Assembly: GCA_001643675.2 (NCBI GenBank)
Contig: LSRY02000054.1
Coordinates: 496,001 to 560,000, forward strand
DNA: 64,000 nucleotides
Direction: 5' to 3'
Origin: Monocercomonoides exilis PA203
Lineage: Eukaryota > Protista > Preaxostyla
The position numbers and the translations under genes are program-made. Below are positions 34,737-47,972 of the stretch, in pieces; positions within the stretch are counted from its first letter, which is position 1, and every line of letters begins with the position of its first letter. The notes beneath the pieces were generated by a model. The model saw only the letters and a list, made by a program, of their open reading frames with translations, did not search any database and was not told the DNA's origin.

Positions 34737-36176
34737 ATGAGTTCGTGCATTGATGATGAGCACGTGGATGAGCATTAAAAGATTCCAACAACTGAACGCT
34801 TTTCAGGTTTGTTCCTTTTTCCGTTATTTGAAAGGTTCTCATCGTTTTGTTTTAAATTCATTTGGAAGAATTGCTTGATAAACTTGGTTATTGCGCAGAA
34901 ATTGAGCTGAAGGACAGAATTGAAGAACTGAACGAAGAAATGGAAAAAATGAATGAAGAAGAATTAAAAGCAGTTTTCACAAAAGAAATGTTCGATAAAA
35001 TATTCAAAATGAATGAAGAAATGAAACTTTCGATGGAAAATGCTCTTTATTTATTGAAGAACATTGGGTATTGGAAAATTATGAAATATACATGGGTTGA
35101 TAGCTTTGAAAAATCTTCACTGAGCAAAGTATTTAAAAAGGTGATTTCTGACGAAATTATGATAAAGAGAGAAAGAAATGAAAAGCTATGGGTTGATCTT
35201 TGTGAGTGCCATCTGTTCCTTAACAATGGAACTTTTAAAAATTTTATATCGATATGTGTACCTTATCTTCTGAAAGTTGCTTTGCGCAAAGAGAAAGACA
35301 AGGAGAACCAAAAAGAAGTGGAAATGGCTTTGATGGCTTTGCGTTGCTTTGGATATGATGTATGTATATTTCTTTTTCATTTTTTGTGTTATTGTATTTC
35401 TTTCTTTCTTTTTTGTTAGAAAATGGAGCAAGAACTTTTCTTGGATGAAATCAAAGATATTATCCAATTTCACCAAAAGCATCGCAACCTTACTCATCTG
35501 GCATATCAATGTGCTTGGGAGTTTTTGATGAATAGGTTTTATACCAATGGAAGTTTGGAAATAGTTATTGAAGATGAACTGCATTTTGCAAGAGAAGCCT
35601 CAAGAGAGCTGGAAGAACTGACAAGAAATGTGGATTGGAAGAGAAAAGAAGAGAAAAGAGGAAGAGAAGTCAAAGAAGTGCTTGTTATCATGGGATGGCT
35701 CTATTCAATTGATAATTACTTTTTCTGGTTCAAATTATGGAATGAAGAGCTTGAAGTGCTTTTTGGAAGCGTTGTTAAGGTATTTCGAGCATCAAGAGAT
35801 AATCACAGAAGAATAAGCGACCAATGCATTGAAACATTAAGATGTGCAACGACGAACAAAGCCACGGAAGTTGATGACTTGCTGAAGGAAGGTGTTGTTG
35901 ATCTGTTTTCAGAAGAAATGAAGAAATCAACTGAAAGATGAAATGGTGAGAAATTGCTTGTATTTCTTTTTGAATATTTCAGAAGGATTGAACGAAAAGA
36001 TGGATGATGAAACATAAGAAAAGGAAAGAAAGGCAACGAAAAAGAAGGTGCAAGAAAAGCTTGAAGAAGAAGGATATGAAGATATCATACCAAGTTTTCA
36101 AGAGACTTCTGAGTTTCTATACGATAAAGAGTGTGATGAATCATTGGATGTTTCTGATTATTTTGTGATTGTTTAA
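34737..36176 (+). pseudogene. Disrupted member of a Glu/Lys-rich helical protein family (KEVEMALMAL / EKLEEEGYEDII type)
   Basis: Early in-frame TAA after MSSCIDDEHVDEH; ORFs 34862-35419 and 35423-35941 joined by an intron (about 35360-35419); premature TGA at 35939-35941; out-of-frame continuation KVQEKLEEEGYEDIITSF...DYFVIV*. Confidence 0.6.
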
Positions 36177-37459
36177 GGAAATGAAATGAATTGAATTTTG
36201 TAACTCAAAGTTTTTATTTTTCTTTTTCTGTCAATTCACCATGTCGAAAGCAAATATTCCAATAATATTTTAAAAATATTTGTTTTTCATTGCTTTTTAA
36301 TGAAGTCAAACAATAACAAAAAATGAACAGTTCTGAAATCTCCTCACTTGGATTCAAACAAAAATCTTTATCATATTGAAAGTTGCTTTGTTATCTACAA
36401 AAAGGAACCCGGTGAAATAAACTTTTTTTTGTTCATTTGCTTTCTTATACAAAACTTTCTTTTCCATTGAATGTTTAAAATTTTATTTCATTCAAAAAAT
36501 TTTTATATCGAGATAATCCTCCTGTTCTCATCAAACAGAAGAGGAATAAAGAAAGCACTTCTAGATTATGGAAATTACTCATGAAAAAGCAGTTCATCTC
36601 CGTTCTTAACAAGGAAGAATCACATCTCACGTAACTCTTTTGTAATAATGGTGAAAAATAAAATATAGTTGGTGTTTATTATTTTGGACACTTTCAATAA
36701 TCAAAACGCAAGCATTTTGATTTATAAGAAAACATTCATTCACTTTCTTCTCTTCGATCTGAGAGAGTGTCACTTAAGGGTCAGTCACAGCGAATCTGAA
36801 AAAAGGATGCTCTTTAGCTCTCCACTCAGCACTGGACCCGCGTTGAATTCTGCTGCATCAATGATGTCAGATGGACCTCCGGGAGAGATGTTTTCGAGGA
36901 TGATTTCTCATTCTAGTTCTGAATTTTCCCAACAGATCCCTGGAGCTTCACATGCAAAATAAGCCAGGGGCATAGGTCTATTTTGTACTAGTTTGGAAAG
37001 GCTTTTTTAAATTTTTTATTAACATATATTTGATTCTTATAATTATTGAAAACGAACTACTGATGGAAAAAGTTGAATTCTTTCATCAAAAAATAGAAAT
37101 TTTATTAAATTTTCGAAACCCATAATATTTCCTTATTGATCATAAAGAATAAAGAATTCAATTTCTTGCATTGAAAAGCTAAAAGCAATTTCATAACGCA
37201 ATGGTTGTTGAAATTATTTGTATTATTCAAAAAAAGAATAACTTTGTCTATGCATCACTTTTTTATTACGAACTTTGAAACATTTCTTAACACAAGAGTT
37301 TAAGTCTTTATTGAATATTTGGAATGAAAATGTGCAATAGACATCATATCGCATTTTGATTTATTCAAAATTTGAAGGGTATTTTCCTCAAAATTGATGC
37401 TGGAATTATTTTCAATCTATTTTCTTTTTTATCAGAATAAAAGAGTTAATGAAATGAAA

Positions 37460-38209
37460 TGGAAAAATAAAAAAGGGAGATTGCATATTCATTATGCACT
37501 CATTCACATCATGCACAGCCATAAATAAAAATTGCAGTGGAATGCATTACAATGAAATACAGCTTTTTTCAAGATGAGGAGCCTCCAATTTATTTCGTGC
37601 TCGACATATTCATATGGCGGAGGATTGGATTTCAGGCCATATCAATCAACAGCCCCAAGCAACAATCAATATTGCTATTTCTTCTTCTTCCACGATTGCA
37701 GATGCACTACAACTTCCACTCCATATGGCCATGATGTGTATTTGGAAGGTTATTACAATCTCTTCTCATCGAACAATCCGTTCTATAAATCGTATACAAC
37801 GAATAGCAATGATACGAGAGTGAACCATAGATATTATTCAGGCAGTTGGACAAATCTGCATACAGAAAAGAAGGATTGGCTGAGCGTCGGGATGAAGGAT
37901 CGGTATGTTGATGTGAGTGGGGATGACGCAAACAATCTGTGTGGGATAAGTGGGGCAGCACCTTGCAAGACAGTGGGGCATGCAGTGGAGTCGAGCATGG
38001 CGCAGCTGAGCTCGACAATCACAATGCTGAGTGGGAGGCATGTGAGTGAAGGGATGACGATCAGTGTTGTGGAAAAGGAGATTTCTGTTGTTGGGAGAGT
38101 GAAGACAGTGAATGTGATTGGGGACGAATTCTCTTTCGATCTCTTCAAAGACGTTGTTCAGCGTGAAGAGTGGGCAGTTGGAGTCGAAAAAATTCACTCG
38201 CTGAAATAA
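37460..38209 (+). pseudogene. Truncated internal fragment of the GGA-rich giant surface-protein family
   Basis: FISC..YGGGL...FFFHDC..YGHDVYL...KKDWL...RYVDVSGDDANNLCGISGAAPCKTVGHAV resembles the FFHNNTC..GGHDIAL...KSEWL..RFVS...CGINESHPCCTI segment of the 23-30 kb gene; no signal peptide or TM. Confidence 0.65.
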
Positions 38210-38665
38210 CGGCAAATTTCAGATCTGAAGGAGATCATCTTATAAAATCAACCGTATTTGTGCAGGCGCTGCCACAACTGCCAATAACTGCCATTGAGAT
38301 GAAAAAATAAAGTTCTGCTGCAGCCCCTTGTCTCCACACTACACCCCTCCCAACAGCTGTTTTCATTGCTCCCATTGCCTTCCCTGCAGTTTTGGCAAAC
38401 CCAGGCACCAGGATCATCGAAAAATTCTTCTGTTGCGAAACATCCCCAGCTGTACCCTGCTGAGAAATAAAATCCGAAAAAAAAGAAATAAAAAAGGCGT
38501 AATACGTCAACAGCTCCTTTGAAAGATAAACAAAATGGCACACCCCCACCAGATTGGCAGATTAGACAACATTCTGAAAAGAAACAACACCACCCACCGA
38601 CACCAAGCTGTCCCTCAAGCCCACTCATTCGGCCAACTCATAACATTTTGCAGGCACAGTGCATA

Positions 38666-39416
38666 CACCAAAAATTATTCAAAATCGAAAAACTTTCAAT
38701 CAAAATCGAAAAACTTACAAACAAAGTCGAAAGTTTGAAAAACTTCAAATTTTCAAAAAGATGACAAAAATTAATACAAATCAAAAAACATTGTTTTTGC
38801 TGAAATATCAATTACATTTGTAATTATAATGATTTTTCATCTTTTTTCCGTTGTTTTTCTTTGCCTTCTTTTGACCAATTACAAATTTAAAATTATGAGA
38901 GAAATTTTGACATATTTTTATCTCATTTCAGTTGAAAGCACTCTACTTCATAGAAAATTATCCATAGAAAATTTTTATTTTTTTTCCTATTTTATGTAGA
39001 ATGAAGAATACATTATTGACTCTCTTATTTAATGATTTTTCATCACAAACAACTCATTTCTTATTGAAGGAAACAAATGTTCTCAGATGTGTATTGAGTT
39101 TATCTTTGAATTAATTTTGTTTCGAAATCTTCATAATTTGCAGAAATCAACAACGCAAACATTGCTGATAATATTTCCAAAAACAAAAGAATATTTTTAT
39201 CTTTTGTGGAATACTTATTATTTAACGTTTATTTTTTTTGTAAAATTTTCGATTTCGATTGAAAGTTTTTCGATTTCGTTTGCAACTTTTTCGACTTTGA
39301 ATGAAACTTTTTCGACTTCGAATGAAAACTTTCGACATTGAATGAAAGTTTTCCAACTTTGAATAACAATTTTCGATTTCGTTTGAAAGTTTTTCGACTT
39401 TGAATTATTTTTGGTG
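38666..39416. mobile_element. MITE, CACC-family copy 2 (751 bp) with subterminal 21-bp tandem repeats
   Basis: TA|CACCAAAAATTATTCAAAATCGAAAAACTTTCAA ... TTGAAAGTTTTTCGACTTTGAATTATTTTTGGTG|TA. Confidence 0.88.
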
Positions 39417-39799
39417 TATTTTCTTTAAAGAAATTTGATTGGAAAATTTAGTCGTATTTTGACTTTTGAAACACTGAGAACTTTTTTATAATCATTATCT
39501 CATTTTTTCAATGGTTAATAACAATTTTGAAAATTTTACAGAATTTGAAATTTTTGATATCTGTCGAAATGTCGAAGATAATAGATTCAATCGGTTTGAC
39601 GCAAAGGAATAAATTTTTAAATGAAAATAAGTTAACATTAACCATTTTGGATGATATCGGATTTTTTTCCCCATAAAATCTATAAAATATAAAGGTTTCA
39701 CATAATATGTTTTGGTAATAAACATTTTTTTTTCAGTTCATAAATAAGTGGTTGTCAAAATGAGAGCTTCAATTTGTTGGTGTGATTGTTCAATGATAT

Positions 39800-40055
39800 G
39801 GGTGATTATTTTTGAAATCATGTTTTTTCCATCAAAATTTTCGGTTTATGAATTCACTTCAAGGGCTGATAAATGAGCACAAAAAAGAAATAGTTTCATT
39901 CAAATATTATTTTTTCATGAATATTATCTGAAGCATTGTCTTTTTAAACAATTGCATTACATTTAACTTTTTAAAGAATAATTCCTCTCAAAAGAAATTA
40001 AACATTTGAAAAATCGACACTCCGAAAAAAGCTATGATTTCAAAAATAATCTCCC
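39800..40055. mobile_element. MITE, GGGTGATT family copy 3 (256 bp)
   Basis: ATAT|GGGTGATTATTTTTGAAATCATG ... TATGATTTCAAAAATAATCTCCC|ATAT. Confidence 0.88.
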
Positions 40056-40175
40056 ATATTAACTCACTTTTCAAATGATCTTGGAAGAAAAGCAAACCAT
40101 TTATTGCATTCAGTTAGCATTTGTGTTAAGGACGTGTTGATCTTTTGTGATATTGATCAAAATACATCAAAACTA

Positions 40176-43100
40176 ATGATCTTTGTTTTTCTGATATTTT
40201 CTTTGATAACCTCACAAACAGTGAATGAAGAAAAGCCTTTCACAGTTTACGTGAAGCAAACAGGAGATTACATCCACACTGGCACGGCGATCGGTCAGGA
40301 AAAGAAATCAATGAGAAGTGCATATAATATGCTTGGATATTCAACATCATGTAAGATCTATGTTGTGAATGACAAAACCGCATTCACAGCAGAAGCAATA
40401 ACTTTCAGCAAGACTGAAGGAATAACAATTGAAGGAATAAGCAGCGATGGAAATGGAAACACAATTGTTGCAATTAATTGCTATGTGAATCCGCAAGGAA
40501 ATCTTTTCACATGTGATAAAGATGTTGAATACAAGTGTTTAGCATTCCATTTACCAACAACATTTAGTTATGATGGCTTCTGTAAACTGATTTGTGCATA
40601 TCATTCGAAACTTGTAATAAATAACTGTAAATTTTTAAGACCTGCGGCCAGCGGAATAGGAGTGGATTACTGCCTTGTGGATATAGGAGATGGAAATTTA
40701 TATATGAACAGCGTTGAGTGCATTGATAGTAATAACTCTATCAATTTTTTTGTGCAGTTTTTAATATTTTTGGAGGAAATACTGTTTCGTTGACAAATGA
40801 AACTATGAAAAATATATAAAGTTATTATTCAATTTACTATATTTATGGAATGGATAATAATAAAATGGACGTTTTGTTGAATAACTGCACTTTTTCAGAA
40901 TGTCAATCGGAAGGGTATGGAACAATAGAGATTTCGAGTTGCAACAGCGAAATTACATTTACCGTTGGAAATGGTGGTGTAGCATCTTTCATTTCGTGCA
41001 TTGGAAGTGCATTTGGTGGAATATATTTGAATATACCAAATATTACATCAGCATCCCAATTGAAATGGCCAACAGACGGAACAAATCTGGATTTTCAGAA
41101 TTGCAAAGTTGGGGAAGGAGCGTCACAGAAAAATACTGCAATATATTTAAAAGATGTGAACGACGAACTAATATACGATATGGCATACGAAATGAAAGCA
41201 AGTTTTGCAGCCAATTACACGAGGGAGAATAATCTGGAATATATTATTTGTGAAAGCAATAACACAGAGATCGATATTGTCTCTAAGTATTATGGCACAA
41301 TCACAACTAGTTATGTGAAAAGTGGTGCTGAAAATGGAGATGGATTGAGTCTTGGATCGCCAAAGAATTCTCTAAAAGAGGCATATAATTTGTTTGCAGA
41401 AAATGTCAATTATCCGGGATTCAATTTGAAGATTGTTGAATCAAACGAAAAATTGAAAGCAGAGCAAGTGACGTTTCACAAAAGAAAAGGAATCACTATT
41501 GAAGGAATAAACAGCAATGGTTCTGAGAATGCAATGGTTTCAATGGATTGTGACGTGAATGCAGAAGAATATCTATTCACATGTGAAAGTGAAGTGGAAT
41601 TCAAATTTTTGGCATTCCATCTTTTGATTTCATTAAGTGATGAAAACATTCAATATCATTCGTTGATGTGTGGAAATTCAGGAGAACTCATAATCAAAAA
41701 CTGTCAATTTATTCGTCCACCAACAAACGGAGGAACTTTGTTTTTTAGCCTTGTGTACATGAATCGTGGAAATTTGTTTCTGGATTCAGTTGAGTGTGTT
41801 GATGAAAGTCAAACTGTTTCATTCTGCGGGAATGTTTTCTTCATTAATTATCCCGCCATAGTTTCATTGACAAATGTGAGTTTGAACAAAATTTCAAGTG
41901 GTGGTGCAATTGTTGGTATAAGTGGAAGTTATTTTTTGGAAGTTGCCGTTAATAACTGCACATTCATTGAATGTCAAGCAAAAAATTATGGAATAATATC
42001 TGTTTCCAGCAATGACACTGACTGCACATACACAGTGGGAGATGGAGGCGTCACATCTTTCACTTCATGCAGCAGCAGTGGATTTAATGCCAAATCTGGT
42101 GGAATCTATTTGGATGTGTATAACATTGAATCAGCTTCACAGCTGAAATGGCCGACAAATGGAAGGAATTTGGTATTTCAGGATTGCTTTTGTGGAGAAG
42201 GACAATCAAAAAGAAATACTGGATTATATATATCATTAAAAAATGATTCCTTGTTCAAAGATATGGCAGATTCTATAAAGGAAAGTTTTGCAGATGATTT
42301 CACACGAGAAGACAGTTTGTGGCTTGTTGTTGGATATGACTATTGCAAGCAAAAAGAATGTGATTTCGTTAGCACATTTTTTGATCCCATTCCTCAAAAG
42401 CCAGACAATATGACAAGGGCATTCGTGAAGTATGGTGGAAAAGGAAATGGCATCAGCGTTGAATCTGCAACAAACAGCTTGAAAGATGCATATGAATATT
42501 TGGAAAAGAGAGGAAAATGTTTCATTGATGTTGTCAAAACGGATGATCCAATCAAAGCAGAAGCCATAAGTTTCAGCATTAACAGTGGAATAACAATTGA
42601 AGGAGTGAATGACAATGGAGAAGGAAATACAGAAGTGGCAATTGATTGTGATGCTTCTGCTTCATATTCACTATTTTTTTGCAAGAAAACTGTGGAATTC
42701 AAGTATCTGGCATTCCAAATCTCTTCAACAACAAAGAATTGGAACTCATTGATCTGTGCTGGATATGATTCAATTTCATTGAAAATATCAACATGTCGAT
42801 TTGTCAGAATTGGATCACAATCACAAGAAGGAATGAATTCAAATGCTGATGGAAACAGCCCCTTGGCAAGCAGTCTTGTAAGCGTTACATCTGGAAGTGT
42901 GGAAATGGACACAGTGAAATGCACAGATGAAACCTCATTTGTGGCATTCTCTTCATCACCATTTTCATTTTCTGGAGCTAGAGAGGTGTCGTTGAAGGGA
43001 ATGGACATCAGCAAAGTGAATGTGGAAAGTGGAGCAGCAATTAGCATCAGAGATAAGAGTGATTTATCTTCGAAGATGTCAATCGAAGGATTGAACATGA

Positions 43101-43633
43101 ACGAAGTGATATCGGAGAAAGGAGCAGCAGCCGGGTTGGATATCATCCTCAGTTCAAAAGAATCAAGAGTGGCCATTGGAAGGTCAAGCAAATGTTCGTT
43201 CAAGTCTTGTTCAGCACCAGAAGGGAAATCAGGAGCAATATTCATTGACATGCCCAAGGCAACATCGAATCTCAAACTCCCAACAGAACACAACCTGGAG
43301 ATCGACAGCTCAAACACAGCTGGCTCGAAAACAACTTCTCTGTTCATCATTGCCCCAGACTTCGAAGAGTTCTGCAGACAAGAAGATGTCTTTGCGTTTG
43401 CGAATGAATATGATGATTCCACTGTTGGTTGGATCGAGGGAGCAAAAGATGCAGAATCAGATCCTGAGGATGTGTATGAGAAGTATGTGAAAGTGAGACA
43501 AGAGAAACTGAAAGAACAAAACAAAAAGAGGATGGCAGGGATCGTTGTTGCCATTGTTGTGCCGATTGTTGTTGTGGCAGCAGTTGTGGTGATTGTGATT
43601 GTTGTTGTTGTTGTGAGGAAAAGGAAATCATAA
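40176..43633 (+). pseudogene. Three-module beta-helix-like type-I surface protein, disrupted in module 1
   Basis: Signal peptide from ATG 40176; modules start near 40249, 41311 and 42421 (YVK.G...KS...AY...GITIEG); C-terminal TM plus RKRKS; frameshift at the T-run near 40745-40751 and in-frame TAA at 40817-40819 where the paralog has TCA. Confidence 0.75.
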
Positions 43634-44512
43634 AATGAAGAGAATAACGGAAAGGAACAAGAAATGAAGGATTAATAGTGAAGCTGATATTTTATTGCGC
43701 AGCAGTTTTATTTCTTCCGTGTGTATTCATTATTTTTTTCAAAATTTTTATTTCCTCAATTGGTGTTTTTATTTTATTTTTTTTTTATTTTGTTCATCAG
43801 AAATGCACAGTTAATCAAGGACATAACTTTGTCAAAAGACAAAAGAAAAAATCTTTTTGATTGTCTTCAAGATGATAATGCAAATATTTTGTTCATTTTC
43901 AAAACTGAATTTTTGTATTTGTGTGAACAGTTCGCAGTTGAAATATAAAAGAAAATATCGGCTTTCAGAAATGAAACATAAAAAATAATACTCAGATTGT
44001 TAATATTCATAAATAAATAACATTGTTCATTTCATTTTTGTGGTTTTACTCAAAAATCAAAATTTGATTCAAAACTTATTTCCAACAACAGCTTTTAATT
44101 ATTTAATTTCTCCTGAATCAAAGTAAGTTTTAAGCATATCTTTGGTCAATATATTTTCTTCTAAAGAAAAACATGTATTTGAAAATAAAAACTCTCTCAA
44201 CATTTCCAACCTCAATGCGTTGCGTTTATTACAAAAACACAAAACGTTAATAATAAAAATAAAAAACAAAATTTGAGCAAATACAACAAGCTATTATTTG
44301 CCAACAGTTTATCCTTTCTTCATTTAAAATATTTCTTGACTGAGTTCAATCAATAATAATTTCCATTGTTTGATTTATTTTTGATCAAACCTAAAATTTT
44401 AAATATCAATCAAATTTTTATTGAATTGATTTTGAAAACACAAAAATAAAAGCACGTTTTATTTTTGTTTCGTGCTGCACATTTTCTTTCTTTTTTCCCT
44501 CCTATTTTGCAA

Positions 44513-47500
44513 ATGTTAAATTCTGTGCCTTGCAAGATAAATAGTCGTTTTGATATTAATGTTGACACATGCATTGGAAAAGGAAGCTTTGGATCAATTT
44601 TTATGGGGAAAGATGCAATCACGCAAAAAAAGGTTGCGGCAAAGATGGAAAAATGTGAAAGCAAAACTTCTCTATTGCTTCACGAAGCAGAAATTTTGGA
44701 AGAACTTCAAGGAGGCGAAGGCGTTCCAAAGGTGTTTTTCACTGGAAAGGTTGGAGATTACAATGTAGTTGTAATGGAGTTATTGGGAAATAACTTCGAA
44801 GAGATTTTTTCCCAAATGGGAAGGTATTCTTTCAAATTTTTCAAATTTTTATTTCATTAATCCAAATTTTTATTTTTTTTTCAAAAATAATAACAAAAGG
44901 AAATTTCCGATGCGAACGATTTTGCTTATAGCCATTCAACTTATAAGTCGTTTCAAATTTATGCACGAGCGTCAATTTATCCATCGCGACGTCAAGCCAG
45001 AGAACTTCGTTGTTGGTCTTGATCCAAACAAGAATAAGATTTATCTTATTGACTATGGATTGTCCAAGCGTCATGTGGTGCACAAAGGGAATTCGCTCAT
45101 TCCGTTCCGCACGGGCGTTGAGCTGATCGGCACGCCGCGGTTTGCACCGATCAATGCGCATCTGGGGATTGAGCTGACAAGAAAAGACGATCTGGAGTCG
45201 CTGATGTATTCGCTGATCTACTTGTCGAAGTCGTCGCTGCCGTGGCAAGGGGTGGGGGCGCGGACGCTGCGGGAAAAGTTTGCGAAGATTGGGGATTTGA
45301 AGCTGAGCTGCAGCGTGGAGCAGCTGTGCCGGGGGCTGCCGGTGGTGTTTGCGACGGTGCTGGGGTATGTGAGGGGGCTGGGGAGGGAAGAGGTGCCGGA
45401 CTATGTGTGGATGGGCAGTGCGTTCTACAGGGCGCTGGAGGAGGTGGACGGGGCGTGTGTGGTGTGGAGGAGGAGGTGGTGGGAGAGGGAGATAGAGAGA
45501 GGAGGAAAGGGAGGAAAGGGAGGAAAAGGAGGAAAGGGAGAGAATGGGTGTGATTGTCAGAGTGATGTTGTGGAGTTTGTGGAGAAGTTGTTTGAAGACA
45601 ACGAAGAAGAAGAAGAAGAAGACAAAGAAGAAAGAACGTGGAGATTTGGAGGTGTGATTGGGCTTGGAGAAATATGTGGCAGAGGAGAGAGAGGAGGAGT
45701 CGAAGAAGAAGAAGAAGAAAAAGATGATGATGATGAAGAGGAAGAGGAAGAGGAAGACGAGGAAGAGGAAGAGGATGATGATGATGATGAAGGAGAAGAA
45801 ACGAAAGATGATGAAGATAATGATGAAGATGATAGTGAAGATGAAATGTGTGTTAAAAGGTTGGAGCGTTGCTTTTGTAAAACAAGTGGATATGCCGGCA
45901 AATTAAAAGACATATTCAAACAAAAAATGGGAAGTTCCGAAAATTTTGCCGGTAAAACCAGTTTTTCCGAAGAAATTGAAGCGAATTTGAAAGGAAAAGC
46001 GAGCAAAAGGGCAGAAACACGAAGGCTTCTGAGGGCACGCACTGAAAGCCAAAACGAAACAATCAAATTGAACGAAAGGAAAATGGCTGATAGGAGAAAT
46101 ATGACTGGGCAGAAGGAAATGAATGATTCATTCAGCAAATTGGCTATTTTGAGCATGAAGAATGGTCAGGAGAAAGAGAAAGAGAGAAAGAGAAAGAAAA
46201 GAAAGAAAAAGAAGAAGAAGAAGAAAAATTTGAACGCACATTCATATTCCCGTCCTTCTCTTCGCCATCGCTTCACTTTCTCAGAACTCGACTTATTTTT
46301 GTCTGAGCAAAACGTTAAATCGAAAAATATCCCAGAGAACTTTGCAGGCAAGCGCGATAATTCCGCAAGTGGTGACACATTTTTGAAAAATAACCAAAAA
46401 AGAAGTCAAAATCGAATGAATGAAAGAGGAAAAGAGAAAAACGAGATGAAAAAAGGAAACGAAGAGAATTGTGGGAGCGATGGACGAAGAAAAAAGAAGA
46501 AGGGAGGAAGTGAAGGAGTTGTTAATTCTATGCTTTCTCCTTCTCCTTCTCCTTCCCCTTTAGCTTCTCCTTCTGCTTCTCCTTCTGCCTCTTCCACTGC
46601 TGTGCAAATGTCTTCTCATCCACCTTTTCCTCTTTCCTCGCCTGCAAATTCGCATTCATCAGACTTCATTCAAAATGGAAGTAAAATCAATGGAAAAGGG
46701 AAAAATGGATGGAGTTCTAATGGAATAAAGGAGAAAGAGAAAGGAAAAGAAGGGAAAAGAAGGAAAGAGAGCAGAAGCATTGGCAGTTGTGGGAGTTTTA
46801 GTTGCCACGAGAAGGAAGAAGCGAAAGAAGAGGGCAAAAATAGCAGAATGAAAAATAAAGAAGAAGAGGAGGAAGAGGAAGGGAATGATGATAACAGCAA
46901 AGAAGAAGAAGATGATGAAAAAGATAAAGATGAAAAAGAGCAGAGAAAAAGTTGTATTTCTGATGAATATGAATATGAATACGAAGATGAAGACGAATAC
47001 GAATACGAAGAAGCAGGAGACGACTTCTCCTTAAAAATGCTTCTGCCAACAGAGGAATTTTCGTTTATTTGCCGGCGCCCATCATTCACACCACTGTCCG
47101 GAATAATTCGGGCACCACCACCGAGTTGCGGATTTTCCGGTTTTTCCTGCGCCGGCACAAGCGAAGTTGCTGGCAGCACACCCACAACAAGTTCTGCTTC
47201 TGGTTCTTTTGCCGGAATTGATGAAGATGGAAAAAAAGAAGTGGGAGGGCGGAATAAATTCGGAGAAATAGAAAGAGGGAAAGGAAAAGAGAAAGAAAGA
47301 GAAAGAGAAAGAGAAGTCGATTCATTCGGGTTTGGATTTGGGTTTGACAATGCAGCCGGAATATCAACATGTTATTTCCCTTCTTCTTCTGTCTCTTCCT
47401 CAACAACAACAACAACTTCTTCTTCTTCTTCTTCACCTTCTTGTTCTTCTCCAAATATTCTTCATTTCTCTTCCATTTCTCCTTCCTTCAGCACACCTCA

Positions 47501-47579
47501 TTCCAGCATCCCTCTCTCTTCTCTTCAAATTCCTCTTTCATCCACAACAACTTCATCATCATCTTCTTCCTCCTCCTCC

Positions 47580-47612
<33 letters not shown>

Positions 47613-47940
47613 TCCTCTCCCTCCTCTTCCTCTTCTTCTTCTTCTTCTTCTTCTTCTCACCCCAATCCTCATTCTCCTTCCTTCTCCCCCATCAACAAAC
47701 ACCCTTCCCTTTCCTCCTTCCCCTCCCTCTCTTCTCTTCATTCTCTTCATTCTCCTCTTTCCTTCTCTTCTTCTCTTCCTCCTTCTCCTTCTTTCTCTCA
47801 GCCTTCTTCTTCTTCTTCTTCTTCTTCTTCTCCTTCTCCTTCCCTTTCTCGCTCTCTCTCTTCTTCTTCTCGCTCTTTCTCTCTTCCTTCATTCAATCCT
47901 TTGCTCCTCAATAAATGCAATAAAACTCCTGATTTTCTTC

Positions 47941-47972
<32 letters not shown>

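Noticed and set aside
39246-39402. Regularly spaced repeats of about 21 bp resembling a CRISPR array
   Set aside because: Head-to-tail tandem units with no unique spacers, inside a TIR element; eukaryotic context and no cas genes.
40817-40819. In-frame TAA as evidence for TAA/TAG=Gln recoding (known in the oxymonad Streblomastix)
   Set aside because: It aligns to Ser (TCA) in the paralog, conserved genes here (RPLP2) end in TAA, and long ORFs contain no internal TAA/TAG.
42394-43554. 386-aa minus-strand ORF and the many antisense ORFs over 23-30 kb and 60-64 kb
   Set aside because: Antisense to well-supported surface-protein genes; no independent motifs.
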